Below, piece after piece: positions 38,992 through 49,857 of a DNA stretch of 64,000 nucleotides (position 1 is its first letter; the number at the start of each line of letters is the position of its first letter). Position numbers and translations under genes: made by a program. Below the pieces are notes generated by a model. That model made no database searches, was not told the DNA's origin, and saw only the letters and a list, made by a program, of their open reading frames with translations. Source of the DNA: an uncultured Muribaculaceae bacterium (GTDB lineage Bacteria > Cyanobacteriota > Vampirovibrionia > Gastranaerophilales > Gastranaerophilaceae); NCBI GenBank assembly GCA_964626145.1, contig CAZVBZ010000004.1, positions 23,235 through 87,234 of the forward strand, given 5' to 3'.

Positions 38992-40490
38992 TGCAATTTA
39001 AAGGAATTAATATTGTACCTAAAGTTCAAGTTAAAGATAGAGACTCTTTGTCGTATGTTTATACGCCTGGTGTCGGTTCAAGCTGTATGGCTATTAAACA
39101 AAACATGCAGGCAAGTTTTATTTATACAAATAGAATTAATTCAGTTGCTGTAATCTCAAAAGACTATACTACCGCATTAAATCGAGCTATTTTTTTAAAG
39201 AATACATTGTTAATTGACGCGTATCCTTTGTGCATAAATGACATGACGGTGGAAAATCTAGAATTTATAGTTAATAACATTGAGCCGAGTTTTAATGCGA
39301 TTGATATTAGTTGTGTTGAGTTAAATACTGATAATGTTAATTTTAATGTTAAAATACCAGTTTTAAAAGGCGCAAATACAAACTTAAAAGAATTTTTTGG
39401 TTGTATTGCCAGGACAGCCTTTATGCCGGATTTAGAAAAATTTACTGGTACGGCGCAAGAAAAATCTCTAAAAATTCGAGAGTTTTTTGGTGGCGTAATA
39501 GAAACACGGCTTAATGAAACCACGGTCAAAAAACCAGTTGCTATTATTTCTGATGGAAGTGCGGTGCTTGGATTTGGTAATATTGGTGCTGAGGCAGGAC
39601 TCCCAGTTATGGAGGGAAAGGCTGTCTTATTTAAAACATTGGGTGATGTTGATGCAATGCCTTTGTGCATAAAAACGCAGAACCCAGATGAAATAATCAG
39701 GCTGGTTCTTCTGTTAGAAGATTCTTTTTCGGGCGTTAATTTAGAAGATATTTCTGCGCCCCGTTGTTTTGAAGTTGAAGATACGCTAAAAGAAAAGTCT
39801 AAAATTGTAATTTTCCATGATGACCAGCATGGAACGGCTATTGTTGTTCTGGCGGCACTTTTAAATTCATTACATTTAGTTCAAAAAAAGATTGAAGATG
39901 TCAAAGTCGTTTTTTCTGGTGCTGGAGCCGCGGCACAAGCTGTGTGTAAATTATTTTTAAAAGCGGGGTTTAAAAATATTATTATGAATGATATTCATGG
40001 GGCAGTTTATGCCGGGCGGCAACAAAACGACTCGTCTCTTGAAAAAATTTCACAATACACAAACCTTACACACATTAAAGGTACGTTGCAAGAAACAATA
40101 AAAGGAGCAGATGTTTTTGTTGGACTTTCTGCGCCAAATGTATTATCTTCCGAAATGATAAAAACGATGGCGCAAAAGCCGATTGTGTTTGCATTAGCCA
40201 ACCCTATCCCCGAAATTGAACCAAATCTTGCAAAGGCGGCGGGTGCATATATTGTAGCGACCGGGCGCAGTGATTTTGAAAATCAGGTTAATAATTCTCT
40301 TGCTTTTCCGGGATTATTTAAAGGTGTTCTTGAGGGTAATTTAAGTAAAATAACTGACGAAATGAAACTTGAATGCGCTTTTTCGATTGCTTCGCTTGTA
40401 AGCGAAAACGAATTAAGCCCTTCAAAAATTATACCAGACCCCCTGGATTACAGAGTTCCAGAGGTAATTGCAAAAAATATTACTAAATAA
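38991..40490 (+). CDS. NAD(P)-dependent malic enzyme with a ~110-aa internal insertion/partial duplication
   Basis: N-terminal YTPGV...VAVIS motif, then a second copy of the nucleotide-binding motif (VAIISDGSAVLGFGNIGAEAGLPVMEGKAVLFK), then the canonical NAD-binding domain (FSGAGAAA). Confidence 0.75.
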   Translation: MQFKGINIVPKVQVKDRDSLSYVYTPGVGSSCMAIKQNMQASFIYTNRINSVAVISKDYTTALNRAIFLKNTLLIDAYPLCINDMTVENLEFIVNNIEPSFNAIDISCVELNTDNVNFNVKIPVLKGANTNLKEFFGCIARTAFMPDLEKFTGTAQEKSLKIREFFGGVIETRLNETTVKKPVAIISDGSAVLGFGNIGAEAGLPVMEGKAVLFKTLGDVDAMPLCIKTQNPDEIIRLVLLLEDSFSGVNLEDISAPRCFEVEDTLKEKSKIVIFHDDQHGTAIVVLAALLNSLHLVQKKIEDVKVVFSGAGAAAQAVCKLFLKAGFKNIIMNDIHGAVYAGRQQNDSSLEKISQYTNLTHIKGTLQETIKGADVFVGLSAPNVLSSEMIKTMAQKPIVFALANPIPEIEPNLAKAAGAYIVATGRSDFENQVNNSLAFPGLFKGVLEGNLSKITDEMKLECAFSIASLVSENELSPSKIIPDPLDYRVPEVIAKNITK

Positions 40491-40528
40491 ATTTTTGTAG
40501 TATTATTAATAAAAATAAGGTTAACGTT

Positions 40529-40888
40529 ATGTACGAAGTAAAAATAGAAACAAGCTTTTCAGCGGCACATCATCTTTTAAATTACAAGGGTAATTGCGAA
40601 AATCAACATGGGCACAACTGGAAAGTTGAAGTTTATGTAAAAGGTGAAAGCCTTGATAAATCAAATATTTTAGTAGATTTCAAGGTTTTAAAAAAAGAAG
40701 TTAACGCAATAATGGAGTTGCTTGACCATAAAGATATAAACGAGTTGGAACAATTCAAAAATATCAGCCCGAGTAGCGAAATTATTGCAAAATTTATTTA
40801 TGAAGAAGCAAGAAAAGTGTTCCCGAATGTTTCTAGAGTTTGTGTTTGGGAGACACAAAATTCTTGTGCAAGTTATTTTGAGGATTAA
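40529..40888 (+). CDS. queD: 6-carboxy-5,6,7,8-tetrahydropterin synthase
   Basis: PTPS family; CxxxHGH motif (CENQHGHNW). Confidence 0.85.
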   Translation: MYEVKIETSFSAAHHLLNYKGNCENQHGHNWKVEVYVKGESLDKSNILVDFKVLKKEVNAIMELLDHKDINELEQFKNISPSSEIIAKFIYEEARKVFPNVSRVCVWETQNSCASYFED

Positions 40889-40890
40889 TT

Positions 40891-41736
40891 ATGCCAATTT
40901 TACAAGCTGTTTTAATGGGATTTATACAAGGTCTTACAGAATTTTTGCCCGTAAGTTCTTCTGGGCATTTGGTTTTAACATCAAGTTTATACAAGGTTTT
41001 TACTGGGGTTGAATTAATTCATGAAGGACCGCAAGAAGCTTTTTTTGACATAATTTTACATTTGGGAACGCTTTTTGCAATTTTGATTTATTTTAGAAAA
41101 GATATAATAGAAATTATTAGCAAATTTGTCGAAGCGTGTAAAAATAAAAACTTTAGCTCTAATGAGTCAAAAATTCCGTTATTTATTATTTTAAGTACGG
41201 TTTTTACTCTTATGGTTGTTTTTCCACTTAAAGACGTGGTAGAAAAACTTTTAAGCGCACCGGTTTTCACTGGAATATTTTTGCTTATGACTGCAATTGT
41301 TTTGTATTTGAGCGAATGGATATCAAAAAGATTTGCCAGAAAAGATGATGAAATAACTCTCAAACGGTCTATTTTAATTGGGCTTGCGCAGGGGCTTGCT
41401 ATTTTCCCTGGATTGTCTCGCTCAGGCATGACTATTGCAACTGGACTAGCAACAGGTTTAGACAGAGTAACATGTGCAAAGTATTCTTTCTTGTTAAGCA
41501 CGCCAATTATCATTGCAGCATCTTTGCTATATCCTTTAATAGAAATTAATTACAGAGATTTTGTAGGTTTTGACTGGGCGTCTATATTTATTGGCTTTGT
41601 TATTTCTGCATTTGTTGGTTATTTTTGTATTAAATATTTTATAAAATTTTTATCAAAATTTTCCATGAATGTTTTTGCCTATTACTGTTTTGTGGTCGGC
41701 ATTGCAATGATAATCGGGTTTACAGTTTACTCATAA
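40891..41736 (+). CDS. uppP: undecaprenyl-diphosphate phosphatase
   Basis: BacA/UppP family (SSSGH, PGLSRSG motifs). Confidence 0.9.
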   Translation: MPILQAVLMGFIQGLTEFLPVSSSGHLVLTSSLYKVFTGVELIHEGPQEAFFDIILHLGTLFAILIYFRKDIIEIISKFVEACKNKNFSSNESKIPLFIILSTVFTLMVVFPLKDVVEKLLSAPVFTGIFLLMTAIVLYLSEWISKRFARKDDEITLKRSILIGLAQGLAIFPGLSRSGMTIATGLATGLDRVTCAKYSFLLSTPIIIAASLLYPLIEINYRDFVGFDWASIFIGFVISAFVGYFCIKYFIKFLSKFSMNVFAYYCFVVGIAMIIGFTVYS

Positions 41737-42177
41737 TTATTTAATGTTATTGGTTAAATAAAAGAAAATTCGTTCAACCAGGATAGGCGAAAAAGCGTAA
41801 CTATTGTGGATTGGCGTAATTCTTATCATAGAAGTTTTGTTATCAACAGAAGTTATTGATGCTAGTAAAATTTTGTTTCCTGCCCAAAAGGAAATATATC
41901 CGCTGCGAGATTGAATTTCATCAATTTTATAATTATTGGCATTTATTGCTGCAAGTGTAAGGTAAAAAAGATTGTCGACGCTTGTTTTGTAGGACCTTAC
42001 ACAGTTTTCAAAATTAGTTGTCACTGTAGGTGATTTGGTTGCAGAGGAATTTTGTGGCACGGTTTGTGTGGTCTGAATTTTGGGCGCAGGGGTAGTATTT
42101 TGTAAAACCGGACTTTCTGCAAATGCCGGAAAATTAATAAATATTAAAGCTATCAAAAATAAAGCCTTATTCTTCAT
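41737..42177 (-). CDS. hypothetical secreted protein
   Basis: Signal peptide MKNKALFLIALIFINFPAFA; overlaps the polA stop by 11 nt, so likely co-transcribed. Confidence 0.4.
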   Translation of the reverse strand: MKNKALFLIALIFINFPAFAESPVLQNTTPAPKIQTTQTVPQNSSATKSPTVTTNFENCVRSYKTSVDNLFYLTLAAINANNYKIDEIQSRSGYISFWAGNKILLASITSVDNKTSMIRITPIHNSYAFSPILVERIFFYLTNNIK

Positions 42178-45052
42178 TGCTCATCTCCATCCAGCTTGAG
42201 CCAGATTCCATATCAATTTTTAATGGTACAAGTAACGGTTGTCCATGTTCCATCGCTGTTTTAACAATTTCTTTAACTTCTTCTAATTCATCTTTTGCAA
42301 CTTCCAAAACGAGTTCATCGTGAACTTGAATAATCAATTTGGATTTTAGCTTCCGTTCGTTGAGCTGTTTATAAACTTCAATCATAGCAAGTTTGACCAA
42401 ATCTGCGGCAGAGCCTTGCAACGGTGCATTAATAGCAGCACGCTCGCCAAATTCTTTTATTTGTTTATTAGATGAAGTTAGTTCATCTTGTAGGTAGCGT
42501 TTTCTGCCATAAATTGTTTCGACGTAGCCATGTTCGTGTGCATATTGTATTGAAGAATCCATAAATTGTTTAATTTTTGGGTACGTTGCAAAATATTTAT
42601 CTATAAAAATTTGAGCTGAGGCGATTGAGATATTTAAAGATTTTGCAAGTCCATAACGTGATTGTCCATAAATTATACCAAAATTTACAGCTTTTGCTTT
42701 GTATCTCATATCTTTTTCAACTCCTTCAAGTGGAACTTCAAAGATTTTTGCTGCTGTCATTGTGTGTATATCTTCGTCTGAACAAAAAGCCTCAATTAAC
42801 TCATCATCTCTTGAACAATGTGCAAGAAATCTTAATTCAACTTGGGAATAATCAGCAGAAAGAATAACGTTTTTGTTTTTATCAGCAGGCACAAAAGCTT
42901 TACGTATGCGGCTTCCAACCTCTGTTCGAATTGGAATATTTTGTAAATTGGGATTAGAAGATGACAATCTGCCAGTTGTCGTTGCTGCTTGGTTAAAATT
43001 ACCGTGAACGCGATTGTCTTTAGAATTAACAAGGTGTGGCAATGTGTCGATATACGTTGATTTTAGCTTTTGATAATGTCTGTGTTTTAAAATAAATTGG
43101 ACGATTTCATGATTTTCGGCAAGTTCCTCCAAAACCTTTGCATTTGTTGAATATCCGGTTCTGGTTTTGTGCTTAGTTTTGGTTTTATATTGCAGTTGTT
43201 CAAATAAAATTTCTCCAACTTGGCGTGGAGAATTAATATTAAATTTCATTCCCGCAAGAGCAAATATTTTTTCTTCAAGTTTTGATATTTCTAAATTGAG
43301 TTCGTTGGACAACTCTTTTAAATAATTTTTATCGATAGAAACGCCTGTTCTTTCCATATCTGCAAGAACATAAAGTAATGGGATTTCCATATTATAAAGC
43401 AGGTCTTTTTCTTTTTCGTCGAGATTTTCTGTCCAAAAACGAGTTAATTCAAGAGTTGCAAAAGCATCATCACAAGAATAGTCGGCTGCGTCTTCAATCA
43501 TAACGCTTTCCATTGTATAAGCATCTTTGCCTTTACCAATAAGCGTTTCTATGTCTTTCATTAAATAGTTTAAATGTTCTCCTGCTTGGTTTTTTAGTCC
43601 ATGTTTTCGTGATGAATCTTTTACATAACTTGCAAGCATGGTGTCAAAAATAATATTTTCGAGAAAAACATTATAATTTCTAAATACATTTATGTCGTAT
43701 TTACCGTTTTGAGTTGTTTTGTAAATATTTTTATCTGACAAAATTGGGGAAAGAAATTCAAGAACATAATCAACGTCTAGTTGTTCTCCTATTTGGTGTC
43801 CAACTGGTATATAATATGATTTTGTTTTGTTTTCTGCATCGCAGTTTAGTTTTACTTTTCCGTTTGTGGCTCCAATTTGTGGATTAAATGCGATTGATAT
43901 TCCAACCAAATCAGAGTCTATTGCGTTTATATTATTTGTTTCTGTATCAATTGCAAAAAGTGTTTGCTGTTTTAATTCAGCTATGAAACTTTCAAAATCG
44001 TTTTGGGTGAGAATAATATGTTTTTCAAAGTCAAAATTTATATTGCAACGAGGCTTTTGCTGCGAGGTAAATAAACCAAGCTGCATTTGACCGGATTGTA
44101 GTGCAACCAAATCTTCATCCGTAGGAAGGTTTAAAAGCGACTTGTTGTTTTCTTCGGAAGAAAAAGGTTTTAAAATATCTTTTATGTTGCGTAAAAAGTT
44201 GAAAAACTGCACTCGTTGAAAATAGGCGCCGACCTTTTCTATATCGGGCATTTCTAACTTGGTTTTTTCAAAGTCAAAATTAATATCAACATCTGTTTTT
44301 ATTTTAGCCAAAAATTGACTTAAACGCGCAATTTCTTCTCCTTCTTGAATTTTTTTTCGAATAGCATTTTCTTTAATTTCATTTGAATTCGCAAAAATTT
44401 GTTCAAGGTTTTCAAACCTATCGAGCAATTTAACTGTGGTTTTTTCTCCAATTCCACGAATTCCTGGAATGTTATCAGAAGTATCACCACGCAGCGCTTT
44501 ATAATCTACAACTTGAAATGGGTAAATTTGCAATTTTTCGTATACAGCGTTCCAATCATATTCTTTTAATTCGCCTTTTGACGGAATAAGCACTTTAACA
44601 TATCCGCCTCTATCAATAAGCTGAAATGCATCTTGGTCGCCAGTGAGAATAATTGTTTTGTGTCCAAGTTCTTTGGCTTCACGAGCAATTGTGCCGATTA
44701 CATCATCGGCTTCAAAACCCTCTTTTGTATAAATAGGAATGCTAAAAGCTTCTAATCCTTCAATGATTAGTTGAATTTGACTTCTAAGCGCATCTGGCAT
44801 GGTTTCGCGATTGGCTTTGTATTCAGAATATTCTTTTAACCGGAAGGTTTCTCGTCCAACATCAAACGCAACAGCGATTGCGTCAGGTTTAATGCGTGGG
44901 TTTTTGAGCAAATCAATCATTGCTTTAAAAAAACCATAAACAGCCCAGGTTGGCTGATTATAGGTTGTTTTCATGCCGCTTCTTTCAAGGGCAAAATAGC
45001 TCCTGAAAGCTAGTGCGTGTCCATCTATCAAGATTAAAGTTTTTTGTGACAT
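42167..45052 (-). CDS. polA: DNA polymerase I
   Basis: 5'-nuclease, 3'-5' exonuclease and polymerase domains, all with family similarity. Confidence 0.95.
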   Translation of the reverse strand: MSQKTLILIDGHALAFRSYFALERSGMKTTYNQPTWAVYGFFKAMIDLLKNPRIKPDAIAVAFDVGRETFRLKEYSEYKANRETMPDALRSQIQLIIEGLEAFSIPIYTKEGFEADDVIGTIAREAKELGHKTIILTGDQDAFQLIDRGGYVKVLIPSKGELKEYDWNAVYEKLQIYPFQVVDYKALRGDTSDNIPGIRGIGEKTTVKLLDRFENLEQIFANSNEIKENAIRKKIQEGEEIARLSQFLAKIKTDVDINFDFEKTKLEMPDIEKVGAYFQRVQFFNFLRNIKDILKPFSSEENNKSLLNLPTDEDLVALQSGQMQLGLFTSQQKPRCNINFDFEKHIILTQNDFESFIAELKQQTLFAIDTETNNINAIDSDLVGISIAFNPQIGATNGKVKLNCDAENKTKSYYIPVGHQIGEQLDVDYVLEFLSPILSDKNIYKTTQNGKYDINVFRNYNVFLENIIFDTMLASYVKDSSRKHGLKNQAGEHLNYLMKDIETLIGKGKDAYTMESVMIEDAADYSCDDAFATLELTRFWTENLDEKEKDLLYNMEIPLLYVLADMERTGVSIDKNYLKELSNELNLEISKLEEKIFALAGMKFNINSPRQVGEILFEQLQYKTKTKHKTRTGYSTNAKVLEELAENHEIVQFILKHRHYQKLKSTYIDTLPHLVNSKDNRVHGNFNQAATTTGRLSSSNPNLQNIPIRTEVGSRIRKAFVPADKNKNVILSADYSQVELRFLAHCSRDDELIEAFCSDEDIHTMTAAKIFEVPLEGVEKDMRYKAKAVNFGIIYGQSRYGLAKSLNISIASAQIFIDKYFATYPKIKQFMDSSIQYAHEHGYVETIYGRKRYLQDELTSSNKQIKEFGERAAINAPLQGSAADLVKLAMIEVYKQLNERKLKSKLIIQVHDELVLEVAKDELEEVKEIVKTAMEHGQPLLVPLKIDMESGSSWMEMSNEE

Positions 45053-45127
45053 TTTGTTCTCCTAAACCCATTAATGAAATTTTAGTTTAAAATTCATAAT
45101 ATATCAAGCTTTTAGTGCTGTTTTTAA

Positions 45128-45793
45128 CTATTGTAAATTAACAGAGCCGCCGTGGACTGTAGATGTTGAAAGACAAGTAAGTTTAGTTATTCCTGTTTTT
45201 TGGAATGATGAAATCATTTCTCTAAGCGTGCTTCCGGTTGTTAGAATATCATCAATTAGTAAAAGGTTTTCGTTGTTATAGTTTTCGGGATAAACTTTAA
45301 ACGCATTTTTTAAATTTTCTTCTCGTTCAGATTTTTTAAGTTTATATTGTGGTTTTGTTTCTTTTATTCTTTCAATTAAATTTGTTTTAATATCCCAGCC
45401 GCTAAGTTTTGATAATTCATTTGCAACAAGTTCCATATGATTAAATTTACGTTGTTTGTAACGTTTTTTGTGTAGTGGTACTGGAACAATTGTAAATTGT
45501 GCCGATGTGCCAACTATTTTTATAAAATATTCGTACATAAATTTTGCCTGAAAAAATGCTAAATCCTTTTGGTTGTGATATTTTACACCACGAATAAGCT
45601 TTTGCATTTCTTTTGCATAATGACAACTTGAATAAATCTTAACATTATTTATTGTTAAAATTGGTTGCAGTGGAAGTTCTTCAATTAAATCATAACAATG
45701 AGTGCACATAATGGTATTACCATCACTTGAGCGACAAAAATAGCACTTTTTCTTATAGACAAAATCCAAAATTTTTATTAAATATTTCAACAT
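45128..45793 (-). CDS. ComF-family protein (phosphoribosyltransferase domain)
   Basis: N-terminal CxxC zinc-finger pairs and a C-terminal PRTase motif (LLIDDILTTGSTL). Confidence 0.7.
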   Translation of the reverse strand: MLKYLIKILDFVYKKKCYFCRSSDGNTIMCTHCYDLIEELPLQPILTINNVKIYSSCHYAKEMQKLIRGVKYHNQKDLAFFQAKFMYEYFIKIVGTSAQFTIVPVPLHKKRYKQRKFNHMELVANELSKLSGWDIKTNLIERIKETKPQYKLKKSEREENLKNAFKVYPENYNNENLLLIDDILTTGSTLREMISSFQKTGITKLTCLSTSTVHGGSVNLQ

Positions 45794-45841
45794 AAATCAA
45801 TTATATGATAAAATTTTTGTTATATGTAGAAAGAGGAAAAA

Positions 45842-47212
45842 ATGAATATAATTTTAATGATTTTATTGATAAGCTTACTAATTCTTGTACATGAGCTAGG
45901 ACACTTCGCCGCAGCTAGAATTTGTGGAATAAAGGTTTCAAAGTTTGGTTTTGGACTCCCTTTTGGACCAACGCTATTTGAAAAGAAAATTGGCGATACA
46001 ACGTTTTACATTCATGCCTTTTTGTTAGGTGGTTATGTTTCTTTTCCTGATGATGAAAAAGATTCTGGATTACCAGAGGACTCTCCTGAGTTGTTTAAAA
46101 ATAAAACTGTTGGGCAACGAGCTTTTGTTGCAGCTGCTGGTGTCTGTGCAAACGTTCTTTGTGCTGCGGTTTTAGTTCTTTTTACTGCGTTTGTTTGGGG
46201 CAAGCTTCCATCAAGCGAGTATGAAGTTTATGTAACAAAAATTGTTGCAGAAAAAGGGGCATCCGTTTATAGCTCTGGATTAAAAGCCGGGGATAGAATT
46301 GTTACAATTAATGGAACAAAAATAATTCACCCTATACAGGTTAATTTCTTTGCACAAGCAAGCAAGCCTTTTGATGGACAAATTACAAAAAAAGCTTTTG
46401 AGCAAAAGTTGCAAATACTTCAAAAATTAAACCCTCAAATTTCAACGGAAGAAATTATTCCTGCAGGAAAAACACTTTTGCTTCCGGCAACAACGGATGA
46501 GGATAAAATTAGTCTTTCAAAAACAGAACTTTTGGGAATAAAATCGAAAGATAATAAGTCAAACATAAAACTAACAGATAGTCAAAAACTCCTTAGAGAC
46601 AATCTTTTGAATAAAAAAACGTACATAACGGATGGAAAAACGTCTTTAAAAGATGTTGCAATTGCAACTACAGATGCAAAAGTTCCTATGATAATAGAAG
46701 TTGAACGTGAAGGGAAAATACTTACATTAAATAAACTCTATCCAAATAAGGATGGAATTATCGGAATTGAACGTGAATATAAAGAAATTTTTAGTGATAC
46801 AAAAAATGTAAAAACAGGCATAGTAAATTCTTGGCAATATTTATATTCTAATACAGAAACAATGCTATGGAGTTTAGGACAGATTTTTACAGGAAAAATT
46901 CCACTAAAAGACCTCCATGGTATAGTTGCAATCACAAAAGTTGGCGGTGATGTAATTGAACAGCAAGGTTTGTTTAAGGGCTTTCTTTTGACGGCAATGA
47001 TAAGTTTAAACCTTGCTATAGTAAACCTTTTGCCAATTCCGGCACTTGATGGCGGGCATTTAATGTTTTTATTAATTGAAAAAATTCGAGGACGAGCATT
47101 AAATGAAGAAACGCTGGAAAAAATAGGAAATACAGGTTTCTATTTGTTAATACTATTAATGATAGTAATTGTTTTTAATGATATTGTCGGACTTATAACA
47201 AACAAGTTTTAG
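45842..47212 (+). CDS. rseP: RIP zinc metalloprotease (site-2 protease) RseP
   Basis: HEXXH in TM1 (LVHELGHFAAAR), PDZ region, C-terminal LDG motif. Confidence 0.85.
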   Translation: MNIILMILLISLLILVHELGHFAAARICGIKVSKFGFGLPFGPTLFEKKIGDTTFYIHAFLLGGYVSFPDDEKDSGLPEDSPELFKNKTVGQRAFVAAAGVCANVLCAAVLVLFTAFVWGKLPSSEYEVYVTKIVAEKGASVYSSGLKAGDRIVTINGTKIIHPIQVNFFAQASKPFDGQITKKAFEQKLQILQKLNPQISTEEIIPAGKTLLLPATTDEDKISLSKTELLGIKSKDNKSNIKLTDSQKLLRDNLLNKKTYITDGKTSLKDVAIATTDAKVPMIIEVEREGKILTLNKLYPNKDGIIGIEREYKEIFSDTKNVKTGIVNSWQYLYSNTETMLWSLGQIFTGKIPLKDLHGIVAITKVGGDVIEQQGLFKGFLLTAMISLNLAIVNLLPIPALDGGHLMFLLIEKIRGRALNEETLEKIGNTGFYLLILLMIVIVFNDIVGLITNKF

Positions 47213-47787
47213 TTAACCTTGTTGCAAAGGTCACAACACATTTCGATAATATTTTTTTGCCAATCGTCAATTTTTTCAACATAAAAATCGGCGCCGCGTT
47301 CTCTACAAAATTGTTTGTGTTCCTTTTTGCTGGAGGCGGTCATAATTCCTACAATGGATTTTTCAGTTTTTTGTTCGTTAATTTTTAGAATTTCATCTAA
47401 AAGAATAAAACCTTCCCGTTCAGTTGGAATAAATAAGTCCAAAATTACTATATCAAAATGTTGTTTTTTGTATTTTGTAATTGCGTCGTATATTTCTCTT
47501 GAGCAGATGGTGTTAAACCCTTTTTTTGTTAAAAGCGTGCTTATTTGATATGTAATTGTGCCCAAATCGTCAACGATTAGGACTGTTTTAGTTTTTTCAT
47601 CATTGCTGAATGAACCGAACGCTTCATTTTTTGTATTTGTAGCAGGCAATAATTTTTTTATTTTGTCGACTACTTTTTTTAAATCGTCTACACTAAGATT
47701 TTCGGAATTAACTGGGATTTCTTCAACTAAACCATAGAATGCTTCAACAAAATCTTCATCTACTTCAATCATAAATTTGTTATTCAT
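47209..47787 (-). CDS. response-regulator receiver-domain protein with an uncharacterised ~70-aa N-terminal region and no output domain
   Basis: Receiver motifs (LIVDD, D...D, T, K) in the C-terminal half. Confidence 0.6.
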   Translation of the reverse strand: MNNKFMIEVDEDFVEAFYGLVEEIPVNSENLSVDDLKKVVDKIKKLLPATNTKNEAFGSFSNDEKTKTVLIVDDLGTITYQISTLLTKKGFNTICSREIYDAITKYKKQHFDIVILDLFIPTEREGFILLDEILKINEQKTEKSIVGIMTASSKKEHKQFCRERGADFYVEKIDDWQKNIIEMCCDLCNKVN

Positions 47788-47813
47788 TGATTCTTTTTTC
47801 CTTAATTACAATA

Positions 47814-49661
47814 TTATTTTTTCTTTACGTGTTTTTTTCTAGTCTTTTTTTTTACTGTTTGTGTTTGTTGTTGGGTTTGATTTTTGGGGTCAATATAACT
47901 TCTCGTATTAAAAACCCCAGACATTAAAACATTAACATATTTGTCTTCAAAATGAGCATAATCAAATAAAATAAAACCACTCATAGAGAGTTTTCTTGTC
48001 TCATGAACCTGTCTCAATAAATCATCGGTAGAACCGCCCATAAACGTAACAAACAACCCAGGGTAAACATTTGTTAAATGGGAAGAATTTTTTTTGATGT
48101 CATTTATAAGCAAAGATGCTGTTTGTTTATCACAAGTTAAAATTAATGGAGTAAATCCATCAACATAACCGTAAATTGACCAAGAACGCCAATCTTGCAT
48201 TTTTGTTTCTAAACATCTTTGGCGGTCAGGAAAAATTACCGCAGTTAAAGTGATTTTGTTTGCTTTTGCAAGATTTTTTGTTTCTCTTACAAATTTTGTG
48301 ATTTTGTCCTGACGATATTTTGACCATTGATACCATTCTGGCGTTTCTTTTTTTATGTCAATTGGGTCAATATCATATATTTTTTCAAAATCCGCTCTGG
48401 CGTATTCTGTATATCCCCAATTAGTATTTTCATAATTATTAAATTTTGCCTGAATACTTTGTGGGTAGCGGATGTAATCAAGATTTATACCATCTGGTTT
48501 ATATTTGTAAACAATTTCATTTAATATTTCTGTTAAAAATTGTTGCACCTCGGGATTTGCGGGGTCAATAAAATATCCATTGTGTTCGGAAACAGAAGGT
48601 ACTGGCTCTGTTGAGTCATAATTTGCCTTTGTTTTGTTAATCCATTGTGGATATGCGTTTAGAATATCTTTGGGGTTGTTTGGGTTGTATTTATTCCCGA
48701 CATAAAAAGATTCAAACCAAACGTGGACTTTTATATTTCTTGCGTGTGCTTCTCTAATCCAAATATACAATGGGTCAAAACCAATAAATTCTTCTCTTTG
48801 ATTTGTAAGTCCATATTTTTTAAGTACAAATGAGGGGTAAATGGTTTTACCGTGAAAATATGTTTCCAGAAAAACATTATTTATCCCAGATTTTTGAAGT
48901 CGCTCTAAAGTGTCTATTATCTGTGTTTCGTTTGTTTCGGTTGGGCGAATCCATACACCTTTAAATTCGTTTGGATAATATGGAAGGGCTGTTTCAATGG
49001 CTTTATTAGCCATTGCGCTTGCTATTGCGGCATATTTTTGAACGTCTTTATTGTCGTGTTCTGCTCTTTTGAGATTTATTTTTGCTTTTTTGAGATAGCT
49101 TTCGGCTTCGCGCCTATCATAACATGGGTTGTTCATTTCGTAATAATGCATTATTGAAAGAACTTCTTTAATTTTTTCTTCGGCGCCAAAAATGAAACTA
49201 TAAGGGGTTATGTAGGTTTTAAGTGTCATATTTTGTGTATCAATAAAAACTTTTGTTCCAATGGTTATATTTTCGTTTATCCAGTTTTTCGCTGTTCCGT
49301 GTCCGCTAATAACGTACCCATTTTCTGGAATAATAGAGTCGGCGCCATAAAGCTGTGTGACTATACCATTTTGTACAATAGCTTCTGAACCAAATTCATT
49401 TGTATTTGTTCTGTCGCCATATTCTTTTGTGTAAATAATGAGCTGGTTTACCCCTCTTTGTCCTGGATAAAAAGCCCCTGACGCATTATTAGAAATGGTA
49501 GGATTAATTTTGTTAATTTTTTTTGAGGCTTCTTTGTATATAATTTCTTGAGAATCAATTATCGGCTGTTTTTCAAGTACAGAACTTTGCGCAAACGCTG
49601 CCATTAACTGGTTAGACAGCAAAAAAATACCAAATAAGACTGTACTAAATACTTTTTTCAT
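47814..49661 (-). CDS. secreted glycoside-hydrolase-like protein (GHL10/DUF4015-type TIM barrel) with a lysine-rich C-terminal tail
   Basis: Signal peptide; similarity to the family-10-like putative glycosyl hydrolases; C-terminal KKKTRKKHVKKK. Confidence 0.5.
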   Translation of the reverse strand: MKKVFSTVLFGIFLLSNQLMAAFAQSSVLEKQPIIDSQEIIYKEASKKINKINPTISNNASGAFYPGQRGVNQLIIYTKEYGDRTNTNEFGSEAIVQNGIVTQLYGADSIIPENGYVISGHGTAKNWINENITIGTKVFIDTQNMTLKTYITPYSFIFGAEEKIKEVLSIMHYYEMNNPCYDRREAESYLKKAKINLKRAEHDNKDVQKYAAIASAMANKAIETALPYYPNEFKGVWIRPTETNETQIIDTLERLQKSGINNVFLETYFHGKTIYPSFVLKKYGLTNQREEFIGFDPLYIWIREAHARNIKVHVWFESFYVGNKYNPNNPKDILNAYPQWINKTKANYDSTEPVPSVSEHNGYFIDPANPEVQQFLTEILNEIVYKYKPDGINLDYIRYPQSIQAKFNNYENTNWGYTEYARADFEKIYDIDPIDIKKETPEWYQWSKYRQDKITKFVRETKNLAKANKITLTAVIFPDRQRCLETKMQDWRSWSIYGYVDGFTPLILTCDKQTASLLINDIKKNSSHLTNVYPGLFVTFMGGSTDDLLRQVHETRKLSMSGFILFDYAHFEDKYVNVLMSGVFNTRSYIDPKNQTQQQTQTVKKKTRKKHVKKK

Positions 49662-49857
49662 ATTACTATTCTATACCTGATTTCAATTATGTATATCCTT
49701 AGAATTGCCTATATTTTTAACATTTTTTATTATAAATATATTTTAAAACTTATATGAAATAAGTTTTTAACAAATATTAGGATTTTTTTCTATTTTTTTG
49801 CTTATTCAGCGTTTTTATTATAAATTATTTGTAAAGGTAGAAATAGAGAGAAATATT

